A stretch of 64,000 nt of DNA, from the NCBI GenBank assembly GCA_963780825.1, contig CAWADL010000024.1:18850-82849 (forward strand), written 5' to 3'. The notes beneath the pieces were generated by a model. It saw only the letters and a list, made by a program, of their open reading frames with translations. It was not told where the DNA came from and ran no database searches. This DNA comes from an uncultured Pseudomonadota bacterium. GTDB lineage: Bacteria > Pseudomonadota > Alphaproteobacteria > Rhizobiales > Beijerinckiaceae. Of this stretch, positions 43,876 to 54,836 are shown in pieces. The first letter of the stretch is position 1; every line of letters begins with the position of its first letter. A program made the position numbers and the translations under genes.

Positions 43876-44647
43876 TCAATGCGCCACGCCGAGATAAGCC
43901 GCGATCACCTGCGGGTCCGCCTTGATCTCCTCCGGCGGCCCATCGGCGATCTTGCGCCCATACTCCAGCACCACGACCCGATCAGACAGATCCATCACCA
44001 CGCCGATGTCATGCTCAATCAACGCGATCGTCGCGCCGAGCCTTCGGTTCGCCTCGATGATGAAGCGGCTCATGTCCTCCTTCTCCTCGCGGTTCATGCC
44101 CGGCCATCGGCTCGTCGAGCAGCAGCAGCCGCGGCTCCATCGCCAGCGCGCGGCCGAGCTCGACGCGCTTCTGCAAGCCATAGGGCAGCTTGCCGACGGG
44201 CGTCTTGCGGATCGCCTCGATCTCAAGAAAGTCGATGATCTCCTCACAGAACTCGCGATGTTTGATCTCTTCTTCAAGCGCAGGGCCGTGTCGCAGCGCC
44301 TGCCAGATCAGCCCCTTGTGCATTTTCAGGCCGCGACCGGTCATGATGTTGTCGAGCGTAGTCATGCCCTTGAACAACGCGACGTTTTGGAAGGTGCGCG
44401 CGATCCCCTGCGACGCCGCCTCATACGGCCGCATGCGCTTGCGCGCCCTGCCCTCAAAGGTGATGGTTCCCGCCTGCGGGTGATAGAAGCCGTTGATGAC
44501 GTTCAGCATCGATGTCTTGCCGGCGCCATTCGGACCGATGATGGCGCGGATCTCGCCGCGCCTGATATCGAATGAAACATCGGAGATCGCGCGCACGCCG
44601 CCGAACGACAGCGAAACATGGTCGAGCGACAGCAGCGTTTCGCTCAT
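43876..44647 (-). CDS. ABC ATP-binding protein (LivG-like; one frameshift near 44100)
   Basis: GPNGAGKT, ARTFQN, LPYGLQKRVE, LLLDEP, IEHD and VIAAYLG motifs. Confidence 0.88.
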
Positions 44648-46624
44648 GCGGCTACCCTCGGGCGCGGCGCCTCGAGCCCAAACGTTTTCATCTCATGGAT
44701 GCGCGAGCGCCCTTCGAGCCGACCCTTGCGCCCGTCCTCATAGGTGATTTCCGCGGAAATCGCGGCCTCGTGCGCGCCATTGTAGAGGCCGTCAACCAAG
44801 GGCGCATAGCGCTCGGCGATGAACCGGCGCCTGACCTTTTGCGTCCGCGTCAATTCGCCGTCGTCGGCGTCGAGCTCCTTCGGCAGAATGAGAAAGCGCC
44901 GGATCTGCGCTCCCGCCATCGCCGGCTCGCGAGCCAGCGCTTGGTTGACAGCCTCGACATGTTTCATGATCAGCGCAGCGACGTCGGGATGAGCCGCCAG
45001 CTCCTGATAGGAGCCGTAGGCGACGCCGTTGCGCTCGGCCCAATTGCCGACCGAGGCCAGCTCGATATTGAGCATGACCGCGACATGGTCGCGCCCATGG
45101 CCGATCGCGACCGCTTCGCGGATGTCGGCGAAAAACTTCAGCTTGTTCTCGATATACTTCGGCGCGAACAATTGCCCGCTGGCGAGCCGGCCTACATCGT
45201 TGGCGCGATCAACGATCTTCAACTGCCCGTCGGGCTCGAAAATGCCCGCGTCGCCCGTCCTGACGAAGCCGTCCTCAGTCAGGGCTTCCCTCGTCTTCTC
45301 GGGCTCTTCGAAATAACCGACGAACATGCCGGGCGATTTGAATTGCACTTCGCCTTCGGGCGAAAGCCTGATCTCGACGTGCGGCGCAGGCGGCCCGACA
45401 GTGTCGGAGCGCACGGCGCCGTCGGCCTGCGCGGTCACATAGAGAAAGGCCTCGGTTTGGCCGTAGAGTTGTTTGAGGTTCAGGCCGATCGAACGGTAGA
45501 ACGCGAACAAATCCGCGCCGATCGCCTCGCCCGCGGTATAGGCGACGCGGACGCGGGTGAAGCCGAGCGTGTTCTTCAGCGGCTCGTAGATCAGCAACCG
45601 CCCCAGCGCATAGTGCAGCCGCGCGCCGATCGGGACAGGCTCGCGATTGATGATCTTCTCGCCCCAGCGTTTCGCCACATCCATGAAATGAGCGAAACAA
45701 CCAACGCTTGAAGCGGCTGGCGTCCTCCATCCGGATCGTCACGCGCGTCAGCAGTTGTTCGAACACGCGCGGCGGCGCGAAATGAAACGTCGGGCCGATC
45801 TCGCGCAAATCTTCCGCGGCGGTCGCGGCGCTTTCCGGGCAGGCCATGCAGAAGCCGGCGACGTAGCCTTGCGCGTAGTTCAAATAATGATCGCCGGCCC
45901 AGGCGAGCGGCAGCGAGGCGAGCACCTCGTCGCGATCAGTGAGATTGTCGAACACGACAGTGTCGCGCGCGGCGGCGATGCAGCGCTCGCCGGTCAGCAC
46001 GACGCCCTTGGAGCGGCCGGTCGTGCCGGAGGTGAACAGGATCACCGAGGGATCGGCGCCGCGCCCCGCATCGATGCGAGCGTCCATGGCCTGAGCGATA
46101 GCCGGATCAGCCAATCGTTCGCGACCCGCGGCGATGACCGCATCGAGCGCGCCGAGCCGCGGATCGTCGTAGCCGGCGAGGCCGCGCGGCTTCTCGTAGA
46201 GCACGCGCTCGACCCGCGGCAGGCGCTCCAGGATCGACAGCGCCTTATCGACCTGCTCCTGGTCTTCGGCGATGATGAGCCGCGCGCCTGCGTGTTCGAG
46301 CACGCCGCCGAGTTCATCTGCCACGGCGTCGGCGTAGAGCGGGACGGGGATCGCCCCCAGCATCTGCGCGGCGGTGATCGCCCAATACAGCTTGGGACGG
46401 TTGACGCCGGCGATGGCGATGCGATCGCCGGGGTTGATCCCGAGTTCGAGCAGGCCTTGCGCGAGCGCGCGCGTCTCCTGGTAGGCCTCCCCCCAGGTCC
46501 AGGTGCGCCAGACGCCATATTCCTTCAGGCGAAACGCCGGGCGCTCGCCGCGCACCCTGGCGTTGATGCGCATGAGCTTGCCGAACGTATCGTCGGAATT
46601 CGCGCTTTTCGGCGCGGCTCCCAT
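44644..46624 (-). CDS. Long-chain acyl-CoA synthetase / AMP-binding protein (frameshift near 45690)
   Basis: FTSGTTGRSKGV, YGQTE, TGDAG and GELTRTQK motifs. Confidence 0.88.
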
Positions 46625-46757
46625 GCCCCCTCCCCAATTTCGCGCCGGGAGAACATCAGCCCGACTGCGCGTTGCAAACCCCTACGAAAGTCGGGCGCTC
46701 CGTTTGCATCGACACTCTGACATGCTAGGGGGGCGCCGACAAACGGGAGGACTACGG

Positions 46758-47595
46758 ATGAAATTGTTCCGGCATGGCGCGGTGGGCGCGGAGCGGGCGG
46801 GCGCGGTCGATCGCAATGGCGGCCGACGCGATATTTCGCTGCTCGTGCCCGACATCACGCCGGATTGGCTGAGCCCGCAAAAGCTCGCCGCGCTTGCCGC
46901 GATTGATCTGGAGAAGTTCCCCCTAGTCGCCGACGGACGCGCGCATCGGGACGCCGGTAGGCGGTTCTCGGCAGTTCCTCGCCATCGGGCTCAACTACGG
47001 CAAGCACGCCGCCGAGACCGGCGCCGAGCCGCCGAAGGAGCCGATCCTGTTCAACAAGGCGATCACCTCGCTGCAAGGGCCGAACGACGACGTCAAATGG
47101 CCCGAGGGCTCGACCCAGATGGATTGGGAAGTCGAGCTCGGCGTGATCATCGGGACGACGGCCCGCAGCGTTCCCAAGGATAAGGCGCTGAGCCACGTCG
47201 CCGGCTATTGCCTCGCCAACGATGTCTCCGAGCGGCATTGGCAGATTCATCGCGGCGGCCAGTGGGTGAAGGGCAAGAGCTTTGATACGTTCGGCCCGAT
47301 CGGGCCTGTGCTCGTGACCGCCGACGAAATTCCCGACCCGCAAAAGCTGCCGGTTTCGCTGAAGGTCAACGGCGTGGTTCGGCAGAACAGCAACACCAGC
47401 GACATGATCTTCTCGGTCGCCGAGATCGTCGCGCATCTGAGCCTGTTCATGACCCTGCTGCCCGGCGACGTGATCGTCACGGGCACGCCCGAGGGCGTCG
47501 GCCTCGGCATGAAGCCGCCGGTGTTCCTGAAGCGCGGCGACGTGATGGAGCTGGAAGGCGGAATTTTGGGGTCGCAGCGGCAGGTCGTGGTCTAA
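46758..47595 (+). CDS. Fumarylacetoacetate hydrolase family protein (one frameshift near 46935)
   Basis: IGLNY..HA, DWEVELGVIIG, NDVSER, KGKSFDTFGPIGP, TGTPEGVG. Confidence 0.88.
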
Positions 47596-47602
47596 GCGCA
47601 TC

Positions 47603-47661
47603 GGAGGGTCGGCCTCCAGGCCGACGTCGCCGCAGCACGTCGGCGTGGACGCCGACGCTCC
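47603..47661. repeat. REP-like doublet, family C
   Basis: GGAGGGTCGGCCTCCAGGCCGAC...GTCGGCGTGGACGCCGACGCTCC. Confidence 0.87.
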
Positions 47662-47664
47662 GTC

Positions 47665-47862
47665 TCAGCTCTTCCCGTCGCCCGGTTCTTCTTCGCCGTC
47701 CTCGCTCGGCGGGCGGCCGGGAATCACGTACGCCCCCTTGAGCCACTTCCCTAGATCGATATCGGCGCAGCGCGCCGAGCAGAACGGGGCGTATTTCGAA
47801 TCGCGCGGCTTGCCGCAGATCGGGCACGGTTTGGCCTTCGGGGGGACCGGCGCCTCGCTCAT
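47665..47862 (-). CDS. yacG: DNA gyrase inhibitor YacG
   Basis: CPICGK....[20 protein letters not shown]. Confidence 0.9.
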   Translation of the reverse strand: MSEAPVPPKAKPCPICGKPRDSKYAPFCSARCADIDLGKWLKGAYVIPGRPPSEDGEEEPGDGKS

Positions 47863-48479
47863 TGCGGCTGCCAGCGCTCGAGAAGCGGGTAGCCCTCGCC
47901 CGCCAGCAGCGCGGCCGCCTCGGCGAGCGGCAAGCCGACGACGTTCGTATACGAGCCGATCAGGCGGATGACGAAAGCGCCGGCCAGACCCTGGATGGCG
48001 TAGCCGCCCGCCTTTCCGCGCCATTCGCCGCTGCCGAGATAGGCGGTCAATTCGGCGCGCGACAGTCGCTTGAAACGAACCCGGCTCTCAACCAGCCGCG
48101 TGCGCTTGGCCCCATCGTCGGTGAGCAGCGTCAACCCCGTGTAGACCCGGTGCGCGCGCCCCGACAACAGCCGCAGGCAATCCTCGGCTTCATCGAGAAT
48201 CTCAGCCTTCGGCAGCACGCGCCGCCCGACGCACACCACCGTGTCGGCGGCCAGGATCATCGCTCCGGCAAGCTCCGCGCGCGAGCGCGCGACGACGGCC
48301 GAGGTCTCCGCTTTCTCAGTCGCAAGCCGCTGGGCGAGCGCCTTCGGCGCTTCGCCGCGGCGCGGCGTTTCGTCGAGATCGCAGGGGATAATCGCGTCGG
48401 GCTCGACGCCGATCTGGCGCAGCAGCGCGACCCGGCGCGGCGATGCGGAGGCAAGCACCAGGCGCAGGGGCTCGCTCAA
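47859..48479 (-). CDS. maf: Maf-family nucleotide pyrophosphatase
   Basis: [35 protein letters not shown]. Confidence 0.92.
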   Translation of the reverse strand: MSEPLRLVLASASPRRVALLRQIGVEPDAIIPCDLDETPRRGEAPKALAQRLATEKAETSAVVARSRAELAGAMILAADTVVCVGRRVLPKAEILDEAEDCLRLLSGRAHRVYTGLTLLTDDGAKRTRLVESRVRFKRLSRAELTAYLGSGEWRGKAGGYAIQGLAGAFVIRLIGSYTNVVGLPLAEAAALLAGEGYPLLERWQPQ

Positions 48480-48488
48480 GGGCGGGCC

Positions 48489-48707
48489 TTACTTGAAACG
48501 ATAGGTGATGCGACCCTTGGTCAGGTCATAGGGCGTCATCTCGACGAGCACCTTGTCGCCGGCGAGCACGCGGATGCGGTTCTTGCGCATTTTGCCCGCG
48601 GTGTGCGCGATAATCTCATGCTCGTTCTCGAGTTTGACCCGAAAGGTCGCGTTCGGCAGCAATTCGACGACAAAACCCGGAAACTCCAATAATTCTTCTT
48701 TCGACAT
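48489..48707 (-). CDS. infA: Translation initiation factor IF-1
   Basis: [12 protein letters not shown]...[16 protein letters not shown]...[11 protein letters not shown]. Confidence 0.97.
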   Translation of the reverse strand: MSKEELLEFPGFVVELLPNATFRVKLENEHEIIAHTAGKMRKNRIRVLAGDKVLVEMTPYDLTKGRITYRFK

Positions 48708-48782
48708 CTGAACCTTTCTTGCGGCCTCTCTGGCGCGAGGCGCGCGGACCCTATCGGAATTCGCTTTCGCAGGAAACCGCTT

Positions 48783-49586
48783 TCAGCCGGAGGCTTTGGC
48801 AAGCTCCCGCCGATGCTCGGCCTCCAGTCGCCAGAACCGCCGAATCGCGAAGGGAATGCTGCCGAGATAAAAGGCCGCCAGCGCCACTAGCGCCTCCAGC
48901 GGGAAATAGGCAATCGACAGCAGCGCCGCAACAACGCCGATCAAGGCGACAGCGACATATTCCCTGGGGATTCGACCGATCGACTTGCCTGAGAAGTGCG
49001 GCACCCGGCTCGCCATGAGAATAGCAACGGCGAGCACGTAGACCGCCTCGATGGCCACGAAGGCGCGGGAAACGGGCTCGTTCGGCGCGGCGCTGAGCAC
49101 CCTGACATAGACGGGCAGCAGCCCGACCACCGCGCCCGCTGGCGCCGGCATGCCGACGAAGAAACCTTTGCGCCAGATGGGAATGTCGGGATCGTCGATC
49201 ATCACGTTGAACCGCGCCAGCCGCAGCGCGGCGGCGATGCAGAACACCAGGCAGATCAGCCAGCCGAGCCCGTGCAGCTGCGATAGCGTCGAGAAATACA
49301 GCATGATCGCGGGAGCGACGCCGAAATCCACGAAATCGGCGAGCGAATCGAGTTCTGCCCCGAAACGCGACGTGCCCTTGAGCGCGCGGGCGATACGTCC
49401 ATCGAGCCCATCGAGCACGGCGGCGGCGGCGACCGCCATCACCGCCCATTCCAGCGAACCCTCGAAGGTGAAGCGGATCGCGGTGACGCCCGCGCTCAGC
49501 GCCATCAGCGTAACCACGTTCGGTATCAGCAGCCGCAGCGGCACGCCGACGAAGCGGGAGCGGGGTTCGGGCCCCATCGACTTCAT
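48783..49586 (-). CDS. pssA: Phosphatidylserine synthase (CDP-alcohol phosphatidyltransferase)
   Basis: DGLDGRIAR....SRFGAELDSLADFVDFGVAP; RLARFN; adjacent to psd. Confidence 0.9.
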   Translation of the reverse strand: MKSMGPEPRSRFVGVPLRLLIPNVVTLMALSAGVTAIRFTFEGSLEWAVMAVAAAAVLDGLDGRIARALKGTSRFGAELDSLADFVDFGVAPAIMLYFSTLSQLHGLGWLICLVFCIAAALRLARFNVMIDDPDIPIWRKGFFVGMPAPAGAVVGLLPVYVRVLSAAPNEPVSRAFVAIEAVYVLAVAILMASRVPHFSGKSIGRIPREYVAVALIGVVAALLSIAYFPLEALVALAAFYLGSIPFAIRRFWRLEAEHRRELAKASG

Positions 49587-50281
49587 CCGCGACTGAAAAG
49601 GCGCGGCGGCTCCACCGCTTTGGCGAGCCCGATCACGGTCTCGCCAGCGACGGTGCGGCTGTCGAGCCCGACGATGACGCTCGCCTGATCCGGCAGATAG
49701 ACGTCGACGCGCGAGCCGAATCGGATCAGGCCGAAGCGGTCGCCGGCGCCAAGGCGGCCGCCCTCCTGGACGAAGCAGATGATGCGGCGCGCGACCAGCC
49801 CGGCGATCTGCACGACGCCAAAGGTCCCTGCGTCGGATTCAATAACCAGTCCGTTGCGCTCGTTGTCTTCGCTGGCCTTGTCGAGATCGGCGCTAAGGAA
49901 GAGGCCCGGGCGATAGGAGATGCGGGTAATCCGGCCTTCGACGGGTGAACGGTTCACATGGCAGTCGAACACGTTCATGAAGATCGAGACCTTGCTCATC
50001 GGCGCACCGCCGAGGCCGAGGTCCGGCGGGGGAACCGCGCGGCCGACGAAGCAGATCCGGCCGTCGGCCGGCGCGACGATGAGATCGCTGCGAATCGGGG
50101 TCACGCGCAACGGATCGCGGAAGAAGTAGGCGCACCACAGCGTCGCGACGAAGGCGATCCAGCCGAGCGGCGTCCATAACCACCAGAACACGAGGGTCGC
50201 CAGCGCGAAGCCGCCGACGAACGGGTAGCCCGCGGGATGCAGGGGCGCGAGCTGATCGCGGATCGATTTCATTACCGCCAT
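49583..50281 (-). CDS. psd: Phosphatidylserine decarboxylase
   Basis: FFRDP, SIFMNVFDCHVNRSP, QIAGLVARRI, RFGSRVD. Confidence 0.93.
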   Translation of the reverse strand: MAVMKSIRDQLAPLHPAGYPFVGGFALATLVFWWLWTPLGWIAFVATLWCAYFFRDPLRVTPIRSDLIVAPADGRICFVGRAVPPPDLGLGGAPMSKVSIFMNVFDCHVNRSPVEGRITRISYRPGLFLSADLDKASEDNERNGLVIESDAGTFGVVQIAGLVARRIICFVQEGGRLGAGDRFGLIRFGSRVDVYLPDQASVIVGLDSRTVAGETVIGLAKAVEPPRLFSRG

Positions 50282-50330
50282 GCGGACCTCGGAGTCGGGC
50301 GGCGCGTTGTGGCGCAGCGCGCCGTCAAAG

Positions 50331-52235
50331 TCACTCCGCCGCCTCCGCGCTCTCGTCGAAGTCGTGCTCGGCGCGGTCCGCCTCGCGCAGCTTCTGCTGC
50401 GCTTCGTCGACTTGGCGCTGGCGGTTCCACAGGGCCGCGTAAAGGCCGTCTCTGGCGAGCAGCGCCTCGTGGCGGCCGCGCTCGGCGATCACGCCCTTTT
50501 CGAGCACCAGGATCTCGTCGGCGTTCACCACCGTCGAGAGCCTGTGCGCGATGACCAAGGTGGTGCGTCCGCGCGCGACGCTCTCCAGCGCGTCCTGGAT
50601 TTCGCGTTCGGTATGGCTGTCGAGCGCCGACGTCGCCTCATCGAGCACCAGGATCGGCGGCGCCTTCAGGATGGTGCGGGCGATCGCGGCGCGCTGCTTC
50701 TCGCCGCCGGACAGTTTCAGGCCGCGCTCGCCTACCTGAGAATCGTAGCCCATCGGCAGCGAATTGATGAAGCCGTCGATGCGCGCGCGCTCGGCCGCCT
50801 CGCGCACCTCGGTGTCGGTCGCGCCGTCGCGGCCGTAGCCGACGTTGTAGGCAACGGTGTCGTTGAACAGCACCGTATCCTGCGGCACCATCCCGATCGC
50901 CGCGCGCAGCGAAGTCTGCGTGATCTTGCCGATGTCCTGCCCGTCGATGGTGATGCGCCCCTCGGAAGGCTCATAGAAACGAAACAGCAGCCGCGAGATC
51001 GTAGACTTGCCGGCGCCCGACGGTCCGACGATGGCGATCGTACTACCCGCCGGCGCCTCGAACGAGACGCCCTTCAAAATCGGCCGCTGCGCGTCGTAGG
51101 CGAAGACGACGTTTTCGAACTTCACCACGCCCTTGGAAACGACCAGATCGCGCGCGCCAGGAACGTCTTTGATCTCGGGGTTCTGCGAGAGAATGTCGAA
51201 CATCGCGCCGATGTCGATGATCGCCTGCCGGATGTCGCGGTAGACCATGCCCATGAAGTTCAACGGCAGATAAAGCTGCAGCATCATGACGTTAAGCAAC
51301 GCGAAATCGCCGACCGTATTGCGCCCCGAACGCACGCCCGCGACACACATCAGCAATACGGCGACCATGCCGACAGTGAAGATCACCGCCTGGCCCGCGT
51401 TGAGCACGGCGAGCGAAACATAAGTGCGCACGCTCATGCGCTCATATCTCGCCATCGACTTCTCGTAGCGCGCCGCTTCGCGCCCCTCGGCGCCGAAATA
51501 CTTGACGGTCTCGAAGTTCAACAGCGAATCGATCGCCTTGGTGTTGGCGTCGGTGTCGCTCTCGTTCATCGAGCGGCGGATCGAAATGCGCCAGTTGGTC
51601 GCGATCGTCGTGAAGGTCAGATAGAACGCCACAGTCGCGACGAGTACGGCGACGTAGCGCCAATCGAAGGTGAAGAAGAAGGCGCCGAGGATCAGCGCGA
51701 ACTCCACCGCAGTCGGCGCGGCCGTCAGCATGGAGGTGCGCACGATGGTCTCGATAGCCGCGCGCCCGCGCTCCAGCACCCGCGTGAGGCCGCCGGTCTT
51801 GCGTTCGAGATGGAAGCGCAGCGACAACTGGTGCAGGTGCACGAAGACTTCGATCGCCAGCCGCCGCACCGCGTTCATCGCAACCGCTGCAAACAGCGCA
51901 TCACGCCCTTGCTGGGTCAGCGACATGAGAATGCGCAAGGCGCCGTAAATCACGGTGAGCGAGGCCATGCCCGCGAGCGCGTCGGGCAGCGGGATATGCT
52001 TGGCCGAGGGCGCTCCCGCGAGAGCATCGGTCGCCCATTTGAACGCGTAGGGGATCGCGATGGTGATGAACTTCGAGGCGATCATCATCACGATCGCCAA
52101 GGCCACCCTAAACTTAAGGTCTGCCCGATCCCTAGGCCAAATGTAGGGGGCCAATAATGCTACGACGCCGAGAAAAGTGCCCTGCTGTTCGAGCGTCTTA
52201 CTTTTATCCGCCATCCAACTTTTTTCTTCAGCCAT
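50331..52235 (-). CDS. ATM1/HMT1-like ABC exporter
   Basis: HLHQLSLRFHLERKTG, DSLLNFETVKYF, QLYLPLNFMGMVYR, LSGGEKQR. Confidence 0.9.
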   Translation of the reverse strand: MAEEKSWMADKSKTLEQQGTFLGVVALLAPYIWPRDRADLKFRVALAIVMMIASKFITIAIPYAFKWATDALAGAPSAKHIPLPDALAGMASLTVIYGALRILMSLTQQGRDALFAAVAMNAVRRLAIEVFVHLHQLSLRFHLERKTGGLTRVLERGRAAIETIVRTSMLTAAPTAVEFALILGAFFFTFDWRYVAVLVATVAFYLTFTTIATNWRISIRRSMNESDTDANTKAIDSLLNFETVKYFGAEGREAARYEKSMARYERMSVRTYVSLAVLNAGQAVIFTVGMVAVLLMCVAGVRSGRNTVGDFALLNVMMLQLYLPLNFMGMVYRDIRQAIIDIGAMFDILSQNPEIKDVPGARDLVVSKGVVKFENVVFAYDAQRPILKGVSFEAPAGSTIAIVGPSGAGKSTISRLLFRFYEPSEGRITIDGQDIGKITQTSLRAAIGMVPQDTVLFNDTVAYNVGYGRDGATDTEVREAAERARIDGFINSLPMGYDSQVGERGLKLSGGEKQRAAIARTILKAPPILVLDEATSALDSHTEREIQDALESVARGRTTLVIAHRLSTVVNADEILVLEKGVIAERGRHEALLARDGLYAALWNRQRQVDEAQQKLREADRAEHDFDESAEAAE

Positions 52236-52660
52236 GACATTTCGCACAGGTCGGTAGCGTGCTCGCCGCATATAAGCTTGTCCGACCCGAATAACAGCCG
52301 CTTTGAACGCCGTCGATGGGCCGGCGTGGCGGAGATCTCGAAGGCGCGAGGTTCACCCGTCCGGGACGCGGTTGACGCAGTTCGCATGTCGGATCGACGT
52401 TGCGACGAGATACCCTATATCGACGCTCCGGCAATCGATCGCTGCCGCCCAAGCAGAGTGGAGTGTGCAATGTTTCGCACGCACCGCAATATTGAATTGC
52501 GGCGGAAGTGAAGCTATGCAAAAAATGTCTTGCACCGTTGGGGGTATAAATACAGCTTGTGAGGCAGCTTCTGGCGGGACGCGAATTGCGTCCGCCAAGC
52601 GCGTTAACATTGAGCCCGAGGCATATCGAGTTAACAATTTTGAGCGGGAATAGAAGTCAT

Positions 52661-53083
52661 ATGGCAACGAGCGGATCGAACAACACCGTTGGGTTGGTTG
52701 CGGAGATTGTTTCGGCTTATGTTTCGAACAATTCATTGCCCTCGACCGATCTGGGGAGCCTAATCGGCGAGGTACACGCCGCCGTGGTCAAGTTGGTAGA
52801 TAATCCCATGCAGGTGATGCCGACCGAACCGGCGAAACCGGCTGTTTCGGTCAAGAAATCGATTACCGAAGAATATCTTATTTGCCTTGAAGACGGTCGC
52901 AAGTTCAAATCCCTGAAACGGCATTTACGCACCCGATACAATCTGACGCCTGAACAATATCGCGCGAAATGGCAATTGCCGCCCGATTATCCCATGGTGG
53001 CGCCGGGATATGCGCAGACCCGCTCGCGCATGGCCAAGGACATGGGCCTCGGGCAACAGCGGCGAGGCAAGGCGAAAAAATAA
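52661..53083 (+). CDS. mucR: MucR/Ros transcriptional regulator
   Basis: EIVSAYVSNN, PAVSVKKSI, CLEDGRKFKSLKRHL, DYPMVAP.YA..RS.MAK.MGLG. Confidence 0.93.
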   Translation: MATSGSNNTVGLVAEIVSAYVSNNSLPSTDLGSLIGEVHAAVVKLVDNPMQVMPTEPAKPAVSVKKSITEEYLICLEDGRKFKSLKRHLRTRYNLTPEQYRAKWQLPPDYPMVAPGYAQTRSRMAKDMGLGQQRRGKAKK

Positions 53084-53184
53084 CGCTAAGCGTCGCCCGA
53101 CCGCGGTCGGAGCGGCGGCCTCCAGGCCACCGCAGTTTCGCGCGCCAGTCCACACGATCGTAAAGCCGCCGTTGTTTCAATAAA

Positions 53185-53425
53185 CGTTCGCTAACTTAGG
53201 TGGCTAGGGCGGAGTAATCGCGCGTCCTGATTGATGAACCGCCGGCGCCGCGAACTCCCTCCCCCCTTGTGGTGGTGGGCCGGGGTGGGGGGTAGCCGCG
53301 AGAGCCGCGTTTCCTGAGAAGAACGTCCAAGGCGGACCGCCCCCTCCCAAACCTCCCCCACAAGGGGGGGACCGCAGGCGGTCGATCACACAAAGTCTTC
53401 GCCAAACCCTTCGTTAGCGCCTAAG
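53185..53425. mobile_element. Degenerate MITE (type B) enclosing a family B REP (53255-53371)
   Basis: Ends CGTTCGCTAACTTAGG ... GTTAGCGCCTAAG; inner flanks (TGATTG..GAACCGCCGGCG, CGATCACAC) match the reverse complement of 23294-23532. Confidence 0.6.
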
Positions 53426-53487
53426 GGCGGCCCCCGCGTTCAGGGTGCGTTTTACGCACAAAACTAGGCCCTTGATCTTGAAGAAAA

Positions 53488-53499
53488 GTGTAGATACAC
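53488..53499. promoter_or_regulatory. Probable MarR operator 1
   Basis: Palindrome GTGTA-GA-TACAC just upstream of the marR ATG. Confidence 0.6.
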
Positions 53500-53506
53500 A
53501 TATCCA

Positions 53507-53942
53507 ATGACGTCCTCCTCAGAGCTCGCCCAATGCCAGGACTGCCTATGCGCAGCCTCGCGTAGCGCGGCGCGCAGCATAACGGCGGTATTTGATCGAA
53601 GCCTTAGGCCGCATGGCCTGCGGACGACGCAGTTCACTCTGCTGGTCAACCTGATGTTGCGCGGGCCGACCGCGATCGGCGTGCTGGCGAAACTGCTGGA
53701 GTTGGAGCGCACAACACTGACCCGCAACGTGGCGGTCCTCGCCAACAGAGGTTTTACCCGCGAGGATGTCGATGCATCAGATTCCGCGATCTCACATTAT
53801 CTCCGTGACATCGGCGGGCGAGCGCATCGTGCATGAGGCGTTCGGCGCCTGGAAGGACGCGCAGCGGCGCGTCGCTTCGACGCTCGGCGAAGCCGGCGTC
53901 GCGGCCGTCCGCAGGGTATCGCGGTCAAAGTTCCGAGCTTGA
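53507..53942 (+). CDS. MarR-family regulator (one-base insertion near 53784)
   Basis: CLCAASRSAARSIT..FD..LRPHGLRTTQFTLL...ERTTLTRNV; the corrected frame gives DPRSHIISVTSAG...W..AQ. Confidence 0.8.
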
Positions 53943-53975
53943 AGTCCGCGTACGTTTCAGATCGCGTCCAAATAA

Positions 53976-53987
53976 GTGCATATACAC
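53976..53987. promoter_or_regulatory. Probable MarR operator 2
   Basis: GTGCA-TA-TACAC just upstream of the AGGAG RBS of the next gene. Confidence 0.6.
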
Positions 53988-53997
53988 AGAAAGGAGA

Positions 53998-54742
53998 ATG
54001 GCCATGTTGGATATTATCGACACTGTCGTTGACTCGATGGCGATCATGATCTGCTTTGTCGCGTTCAGTTCCGCGCTATCGCTCTCGATGCGCGGGCGCA
54101 TCGCGCTCGCGGGAGGCGTCGGCGCCTGGGTGGGCCTGGCGACATTCGCGGGCGCTGAAGGCGCGCTGCGCTTCGCGCCAGAGCAGCCGATTCCGCTACT
54201 CGCGCTCTTTGCCGTGCTTCCCCTAGCGGCCACCGCCGCGCTCTGGTTTTCATCCGTGAAGTTTCGGAACGCGCTGTTGGCGATTCCGACGTCGTTACTC
54301 ATCGGCCTAAACAGCATGCGCGTCCTCGGCGTTCTGTTCCTTGGGTTGGCCGCGGTCGGCCGTCTCAGCGGACCGTTCCCCTATTCAGCCGGCCTGGGCG
54401 ACATCATCACCGGCATTGCCGCCGCGCCACTCGCTCTTGCGCTGGCGCGGGGGCGCCACGGTCTTGAGCCTTCGATACGGGCATGGAACATTTTCGGCGC
54501 GCTCGACCTAATCGCCGCCATCGGCTTTGGCTTGACCTCCGCTGCGGGAGGCCCGTTGCAGATCTTTCATGTCGGCGCCGGGCTCCGCCGCGATGCAGCA
54601 GCTCCCGTTCTCCCTCGTGCCGACCGTGTTGGTTCCATTTTATCTGATCACGCACGGGATCGTCGCGGCGCAGCTCAAGTCGCGGCGACGTTCAGATCAA
54701 GGGACTGCCATCCGAGTTGCGGCGGCTCCGTCTCGCGCCTGA
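53998..54742 (+). CDS. Integral membrane protein (one frameshift near 54580)
   Basis: Multiple TM helices; RVLGVLFL...GRLSGPFPYSAGLGDIITG, WNIFGALDL; the corrected C-terminus reads PFSLVPTVLVPFYLITH. Confidence 0.75.
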
Positions 54743-54836
54743 ACAGCTCTGCCGACGCCGTAACGGGCGCATGGCGCCAATCGCATGTCCGGGCTACACC
54801 GCCCTCCTGGACTCGCACGAGATTTATGGGCACGGC

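Noticed and set aside
52880-52945. Non-canonical zinc ligands in MucR (C, D, H, no final His)
   Set aside because: This substitution pattern is common among MucR/Ros homologues.
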